Program-made: the position numbers and the translations under genes | Shown here: in pieces, positions 30,882 to 43,029 of the stretch | Position numbering within the stretch: position 1 is the first letter of the stretch | Layout: every line of letters starts with the position of its first letter | Origin: Hyphomicrobiales bacterium | GTDB lineage: Bacteria > Pseudomonadota > Alphaproteobacteria > Rhizobiales > Xanthobacteraceae | Direction: 5' to 3' | DNA: 43,029 nt | Assembly (NCBI GenBank): GCA_026400425.1 | Contig: JAPLPC010000218.1 | Coordinates: 1 to 43,029, forward strand | The notes under the pieces: model-generated | Databases searched by the model: none | What the model was told of the DNA's origin: nothing | Seen by the model: the letters and a program-made list of their open reading frames with translations, nothing else

Positions 30882-32315
30882 CTAGCCTGGAAATTCCGCC
30901 AGGCCGAACTTGGACGGGGATCGCGTGGGTTTGACGTGAGAACTGCGTACCAATGGACCGATCGCGACCAGGGTCGCGAACAGCAAAGCTATTTCGATGT
31001 GATAGACGACGCTGTAACCGACCGTCGGGCCGGTCAATGCGCGGCCGAGCAGGCCGTGAGAAGACAGCGACGTCACCGCGTCGCGAAGGCTTCCGCCCAG
31101 CGCAATGCCGGTACCGGCAGCTGTGGCTTGCACAGCGCCCCAGGTGCCAAGCGCAAGGCCACTTTCGCCGTCGCGTGCCAGTGCCATGGCAGCGGTCAAC
31201 GTTCCTGCTGCGAACAATCCGCCCCCAAATCCGATCAGCATCGTGCCGCCCCGGAACAGTAGTACCGAATTCAACGGCGCCGCGAAGATGACGGCGGCAA
31301 AGGCGAACACCCCGACCACCGCGCCGAAACCGGCAATCCGGTAGGGATCGGCATCGCGCCCCAGCGTACGCGCCGCGAGGCCAAAGCCGCCCAATGTGCC
31401 GATGGCGAAGAATGCAGTCAGCGCCGTGGTTTGTCCGACACTCAGCAGCAGGATCTCGGCACCGTATGGCTCGAGCAGGATGTCCTGCATCGAAAATGCC
31501 GCTGTCCCCAATGCCAAGGCTACCAGCACCCGGACAGACCCACCTGAAGCACGAAATTTGGCCCAGGATTGCTGAAACCGCGGCCGCGCGCGGCTGGCAG
31601 CCGTCAGCAAGGGATTGCGCGCCTCCTGCTTCCACAACGCCACGACGTTCAAAGCCATTTGCGTCACTGCGACGCCCTGGATGATCTGGATCAGCCTGAT
31701 CTCGTCGAAATTGCGGAGCAACTCGCTGAAGATCACAGCGCTCCCGGCCATGCCGATCAGCAGCATTACGTAGAGGAACGCGACCACACGCGGGCGAGCG
31801 TCTTCCGGTGCGAGATCGGTGGCGAGCGCAAGGCCCGCCGTTTGCGTCGTATGCATACCCGCGCCGATGAGCAGGAAGGCCAATGCCGCACCGATCTGGC
31901 CGTAGCCGGCCGGATATTCGCCCGTGCCGGACAGCACCAGCATCGCGAACGGAAGGATGGCAAATCCGCCAAACTGCAGCAGCGAGCCCATCCAGATATA
32001 CGGCACCCGCCGCCAGCCCAGGACCGAGCGGTGATTGTCGGATTTGAAGCCGATCAGCACACGGAACGGCGCGAACACCAACGGGATCGACACCATGAGC
32101 GACACCAGCAATGTGGAGACGTTCAGCTCGATGATCATCACACGGTTCAACGTGCCGTTGAGCAGCACGATCGAAATTCCGACGGACACCTGAAACAGCG
32201 ATAATCGTAGCAGACGACCGAGCGGCAGCTCTTTCGTCGCAGCATCGGCGAATGGCAGGAAGCGCGTGCCAAGACGCATCCAGCCTTTCGCGAGAGATGC
32301 CGATATCTGCTTCAT
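30882..32315 (-). CDS. lhaA: LH1 assembly factor LhaA (PucC-family MFS protein)
   Basis: LPFADAAT.ELPL.RLLRLSLFQ, GTLNRVMI.EL, SVLGWRRVPYIW and MQDILLEPYG. Located between bchM and puhA. Confidence 0.92.
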   Translation of the reverse strand: MKQISASLAKGWMRLGTRFLPFADAATKELPLGRLLRLSLFQVSVGISIVLLNGTLNRVMIIELNVSTLLVSLMVSIPLVFAPFRVLIGFKSDNHRSVLGWRRVPYIWMGSLLQFGGFAILPFAMLVLSGTGEYPAGYGQIGAALAFLLIGAGMHTTQTAGLALATDLAPEDARPRVVAFLYVMLLIGMAGSAVIFSELLRNFDEIRLIQIIQGVAVTQMALNVVALWKQEARNPLLTAASRARPRFQQSWAKFRASGGSVRVLVALALGTAAFSMQDILLEPYGAEILLLSVGQTTALTAFFAIGTLGGFGLAARTLGRDADPYRIAGFGAVVGVFAFAAVIFAAPLNSVLLFRGGTMLIGFGGGLFAAGTLTAAMALARDGESGLALGTWGAVQATAAGTGIALGGSLRDAVTSLSSHGLLGRALTGPTVGYSVVYHIEIALLFATLVAIGPLVRSSHVKPTRSPSKFGLAEFPG

Positions 32316-33012
32316 TGCGGCGTCATCTCCAGCGCCTGCGACTTGTAGAAGCCACTGGTGACGCGATGGCTGCGACCGGATGTCCAGCGCTCGAGCCCCT
32401 GCTCGCTCGCCAGCAGATCGATCAAGCGATGCGCCGCGACGGGTTCGATGGCCGGCGCGCGATCACCGCGCGGAAACAGCCGGCCGACCGCATGCATCAC
32501 CGTCAATGCCGGCGTCTTCGGTGCGAAGGTCACGAGCATGGCGTGATTGGTGCGCGCCGCCAGACCCGCCATGATCCGGCAGATGTCGGTTGCGCGGTAA
32601 TGGATCAGCGAGTCCATGGCGACGACATAATCGAAGCGTCCGAGCGCGACGTCGAGCATGTCTCCCGACCGAAACTCAATCGATGACGTATCGATATCGA
32701 ACGGGATGCGTGTGCGCGCAACTTCGACCAATGTCGGCGACAGATCGATCGCGACCACCTGCGCCCCGCGCCGCGCCGCTTCGACCGACAGCGCCCCGGT
32801 ACCACAGCCCGCGTCGAGCAAACGCATGCCATGCAGGGTTTCCGGCAGCCAGGACAACAACGTGTTGCGCATCTCGTCGCGCCCTGCCCGCACCGTCGCG
32901 CGGATACGCCCGACCGGAGCATCCGATGTGAGCCGTGCCCAAGCATCGACCGCCGTGCGATCGAAATAGTTTTCCAGTTCGCTGCGTCTTTCGAGATAGC
33001 TGGCGACACTCA

Positions 33013-33013
<1 letters not shown>
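32312..33013 (-). CDS. bchM: Mg-protoporphyrin IX methyltransferase
   Basis: YFDRTAVDAWARLTS, IRATVRAGR, SAM motif LDAGCGTG, MDSLIHY and FPRGDRAP. Confidence 0.96.
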
Positions 33014-37665
<4,652 letters not shown>

Positions 37666-37691
<26 letters not shown>

Positions 37692-39194
37692 CGTACAGCG
37701 TCTCGACGGTGATGGTGACCACGCCATTTTCATTGGCGAAACGTTCGGTGTTTCGGCGGGCTTTGCCGCGCACGAAGAAAGGAATTTTGTGCAGTTCCTT
37801 CTCCGCTTCGGCTGCCCAGACCACAGCGATTTCGGAGGCTGCGGACGCACCGGCGTCGGTCATCGGTACAGCAACGACAGAAGCGGCGGCTTGGCGCAGG
37901 CCAAGGTGCGATGGCAGCGCGCCGTTCGCAAATTCGAAATCGTCCTTGAACATCGCCAAAAGATGCTCTTCGAGGCCCATCATCAAAGGATGGACCCACG
38001 TATCGAAGATCACATTGGCGCCTTCGAACCCCATTTGCGGCGCATAGCGGGCAGGAAAATCCTGCACATGCACGGGAGCCGAGATCACCGCACAGGGTAT
38101 ACCCAGGCGCTTGGCGATATGACGCTCCATCTGGGTGCCGAGCACCAGTTCGGGCTGCACCTCGGCGACAGCGGCCTCGACCTCGAGATAATCGTCGGTG
38201 ATCAGCGGCTCGACGCCGTAAAGCTTCGCTGCCTCACGGAGCTCGCGACCGAATTCGCGGCTGTAGCTACCGAGGCCAACCACCTTGAAACCGAGTTCGT
38301 CTTGCGCGATCCGCGCTGCGGCGATCGCGTGCGTGGCATCACCGAAGATGAAGACGCGCTTACCGGTCCTCGCTGTCGAGGACGGCGTTGACGTCGATCC
38401 CAGCCAGATCGCCGACCTCGGCGATGAAAGCCCGCGTCGCGGTGACGCCGATCGGGATCGTTTTCGTGAAAGGTTGGTCGCACGTGCGTTGCAGCCAGGA
38501 CGCCGCTTGACCGGCGATTTCCGGATAGAGCACGACGTTGAAGTCGGCATCGCCAAGACGCGCGAGATCGGCCGGTGTCGCTCCCATCGGCGCAGTCACG
38601 TTGACGTCGATGCCGAGCTTGCCGAGCAACTGTGTGATCTCGGCGATGTCGTCACGGTGACGGAATCCAAGCGCGCTGGGACCGAGCAGATTACAGGTCG
38701 GACGGCGCCCTTCGGGCCGCGATGGTTTGCTCGTGCCGGGCGCCGGCATCGATGGCCCCGCCAGGGCGCGCACCAGTTGATAAAACGTCTCGGCTGCGCC
38801 CCAATTCTCCTTGCGTTGATAGGCCGGCAAATCGATCGCGATCACCGGGATCGGAAGATTGAGCGCACGCGCGAGACCGCCTGGATCATCCTGGATCAGA
38901 GAGCCGGTGCAGGATGCGCCGACGATCATCGCCTGCGGCTGAAACCGCGTGTAAGCTTCTTGCGCAGCGGTCTTGAACAGCTCCGCGGTGTCCCCGCCGA
39001 GGTCGCGCGCAGCGAAAGTCGTATAAGTCACAGGTGGCCGCTGATCGCGACGCTCGATCATCGTGAACAGGAGATCGGCATAGGTGTCACCCTGCGGCGC
39101 ATGCAGGACGTAGTGCAGACCCTTCATGCCGGTCGCGACTCGCATCGCGCCGACATGGGGGGGGGCCTTCATATGTCCAAACCGTCAACTGCAT
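37666..39194 (-). pseudogene. bchB: DPOR subunit B, disrupted as assembled (two lesions)
   Basis: The true start ATG 39194 encodes [10 protein letters not shown], then the frame shifts in a 9-nt C run (39157-39165). The middle part (PPHVGAMR...[13 protein letters not shown]...LDSED) is in ORF 38360-39172. The C-terminal part ([14 protein letters not shown]...[10 protein letters not shown]) is in ORF 37666-38556, and a conserved segment is missing at the junction. Confidence 0.88.
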
Positions 39195-39195
39195 G

Positions 39196-41190
<1,995 letters not shown>

Positions 41191-41225
41191 CGCGCCACTC
41201 CCTATGTGCGGCCCTGATATCGAAA

Positions 41226-41254
41226 AAGCTAAGCCGACCTTTCTAAACTGTCAA
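41226..41254 (-). promoter_or_regulatory. Sigma70-type promoter of the bchFNBHLM-lhaA-puh superoperon
   Basis: Minus strand reads TTGACA-N17-TAGCTT, about 35 nt upstream of the bchF GTG. Confidence 0.7.
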
Positions 41255-41282
41255 CCTATCTAAACGTAAATTAGACTTGACG
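41249..41282. promoter_or_regulatory. Two overlapping PpsR-like sites covering the divergent bchF and aerR -35 boxes
   Basis: TGT-CAACCTATCTAA-ACG (41249-41266) and CGT-AAATTAGACTTG-ACG (41265-41282). They overlap TTGACA (minus strand) and TTGACG (plus strand, 41277-41282). Confidence 0.65.
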
Positions 41283-41323
41283 CTCCGGATCGGCAATGGA
41301 TTAATTGTGGGGGGAGTATCCAA

Positions 41324-42223
41324 ATGACCGACGCGAATGAGCAATCCTTCTCAGCGGGCAGTCAAAATAACGCCAATGCCAAATCCAGCGCATCACTTCG
41401 GCAACGTTTGGCGCATCCCATCTGGCGCTTTCGGCCGGCACCGATAGCGGTGGTCAAAACGTTGCGAACGGCGATCATTCCGAAGATTGTCATGGCTCTG
41501 CGCTCACTGCCGTCAAGAACCGTCGAGCCCGCTGATCATGCGACCACCGACGCAATCGAGGCCTTCGCAGCGCTTGCATTGGGCGATGACGATGCCGCGG
41601 CGTTTGCCTATGTGGAGACGCAGATTGCATCCGGAATGTCAGCCGAGATCGTCCTGCTGGACTTGCTGGCTCCCGCGGCCCGGCACCTCGGCACCCTATG
41701 GGAAACGGACGCGACCGATTTCGTCACCGTCACCCTCGCCGTCAGCCGCCTGCAGCGGATCATGCGACGGATCGGCGACACTTTTGTTGAGCAAGCGGCG
41801 GCGTCAAGGCGAGAGACCGGCAATGGCGGCGGAGAATCAGTCCTCCTCACCATCATTCCCGGAGAGCAGCACAGTTTCGGACTATCGATGGTGGCGGAAT
41901 TCTTTCGCCGCGCCGGTTGGAATCTGTGCACAGGTCCATTCGGATCGCATCAGGAACTGACGTCCCTCGTACACACCCACTGGTTCGATGTGGTCGGGTT
42001 TTCCATCAGCAGCGATCGCAGGTTGGACGAACTGAAAAAGGATATTGGCGATATCCGTCGCGACTCGCGAAACCGGCATGTCGGCATCATCCTCGGCGGC
42101 CCGATGCTGATCGCACAGCCCGGCCTCGTTGCTCTGCTCGGCGCAGACATGATGTCCGTGGATGCCGCGCATGCGCCGCAACAGGCGCTTGATCTGATGC
42201 GGGAGAAGGCCAGAACCGCCTGA
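41324..42223 (+). CDS. aerR: Cobalamin-binding photosynthesis regulator AerR/PpaA
   Basis: LLAPAARHLGTLWETD..DFVTVT, B12-binding PGEQHSFGLSMVAEFFRRAGW, FDVVGFS and ILGGP. Divergent from bchF. Confidence 0.9.
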   Translation: MTDANEQSFSAGSQNNANAKSSASLRQRLAHPIWRFRPAPIAVVKTLRTAIIPKIVMALRSLPSRTVEPADHATTDAIEAFAALALGDDDAAAFAYVETQIASGMSAEIVLLDLLAPAARHLGTLWETDATDFVTVTLAVSRLQRIMRRIGDTFVEQAAASRRETGNGGGESVLLTIIPGEQHSFGLSMVAEFFRRAGWNLCTGPFGSHQELTSLVHTHWFDVVGFSISSDRRLDELKKDIGDIRRDSRNRHVGIILGGPMLIAQPGLVALLGADMMSVDAAHAPQQALDLMREKARTA

Positions 42224-42244
42224 CCGCGCCCGGCTGGCGGTTTC

Positions 42245-43029
42245 CTAGTTCGGCAGCTTCCCTTGCCCCGACGTCCGCGACGCGTGCCAGATCAGATGCT
42301 CCAGCACTTCTGACGTGCGCAGGGTCGAATTGCGCACACTCTCCAACATCTCTGCGATCCGCCCGGTCTCGACCCCGTATGTGATTTCGAGAGCAGCTAA
42401 CTGTGCATTCTCGACGACCGAGGACAACAAGTTCTGATAGACGAGGTCGGCTTTCGAATCGAGCCGCACGGCATTGATGCGATGGCTGCGGATGATGCCT
42501 TCCTGAAATCGGCTGCGTGCCGCTTCGGCCGCCTTGCGATCCGTCACATCGGAAAAGATCAGGACAAAACCGAGCACCCTATCATTCGTCGGCTGCACCG
42601 GGTCGGCCCGCAGCATCAGCGGCTTCTCGCGATTGCCCTCGTCGCGCAAAAGCAACTCGGCCCGCCATGAGCGCCGATGCTTGATGAGGTCGCCAAGCTT
42701 CCGACGAACGTCGTCTGACGTCTGAAAGGCATCGGCGAGATCGGCAAGCTCATTCAGGTGATGATAGGCATCAGGCAACAGCTGTCTGAACGCGCTATTT
42801 GCCAGCAGAATCCGGCCTGCAGCGTCCGCAATGACGATTGGTTGACCTGAGATTCGAACATGGCTGCTGAACTGGTCGAGCTGGTCCTGCGCGATCAGCG
42901 TCCGCACCGCACGAAACTGCAGCACGATGTCGGAGACGGACTGTCCGATCAGCCGTCCGGCGGCCATGTCCGCCGGCGTCCAGGGATCGGATGTGCCCTC
43001 CACTTGCTGGTGCCATTGCGCAAAGCTGC
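42245..43029 (-). CDS. bphP: Bacteriophytochrome, BphP1-type (3' part: end of PHY, PAS and helical output; no histidine kinase); 5'-truncated by window edge
   Basis: Frame is open from the window end: SFAQWHQQVEGTSDPW (PHY tongue), then a PAS domain (PIVIADAAGRILLAN...GFVLIFSDVT) and a helical tail VENAQLAALEIT. No H-box or ATPase motifs. Confidence 0.88.
   Translation of the reverse strand, partial: SFAQWHQQVEGTSDPWTPADMAAGRLIGQSVSDIVLQFRAVRTLIAQDQLDQFSSHVRISGQPIVIADAAGRILLANSAFRQLLPDAYHHLNELADLADAFQTSDDVRRKLGDLIKHRRSWRAELLLRDEGNREKPLMLRADPVQPTNDRVLGFVLIFSDVTDRKAAEAARSRFQEGIIRSHRINAVRLDSKADLVYQNLLSSVVENAQLAALEITYGVETGRIAEMLESVRNSTLRTSEVLEHLIWHASRTSGQGKLPN

Noticed and set aside
37692-37850. 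53-aa N-terminal extension of BchH in the ORF track
   Set aside because: The canonical MPKRIT start is at 37691, with a short overlap of the bchB 3' end.

Overview
High-GC alphaproteobacterial DNA; gene content and order suggest Nitrobacteraceae (Bradyrhizobium/Rhodopseudomonas/Tardiphaga-like), which is an inference. The left third (1-15.7 kb) holds the end of a Dpp/Opp-type ABC importer operon. It is followed by a convergent GntR-associated operon (second Dpp/Opp-type importer, acyl-CoA ligase, single-chain biotin-dependent acyl-CoA carboxylase) and an orphan ArsB/NhaD-type permease. The right two-thirds (16.2-43 kb) is one contiguous light-and-carbon block. It contains a small Cys-rich ORF, DUF2256 and an Fe-S cryptochrome/(6-4) photolyase; a Calvin-cycle operon cbbF-P-A-L-S-X (red-type RuBisCO, no cbbT) with divergent cbbR; and half of an anoxygenic photosynthesis gene cluster (bchFNBHLM-lhaA-puhABC-orf-acsF-puhE-hemA) abutting cbbR with no gap, plus aerR and the 3' end of a BphP1-type bacteriophytochrome. 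The most striking feature is that both catalytic subunits of dark-operative protochlorophyllide reductase are broken. bchN has a +1 frameshift, and bchB has a +1 in a 9-nt homopolymer plus an out-of-frame deletion of a conserved segment. Every other photosynthesis and cbb gene visible is intact.
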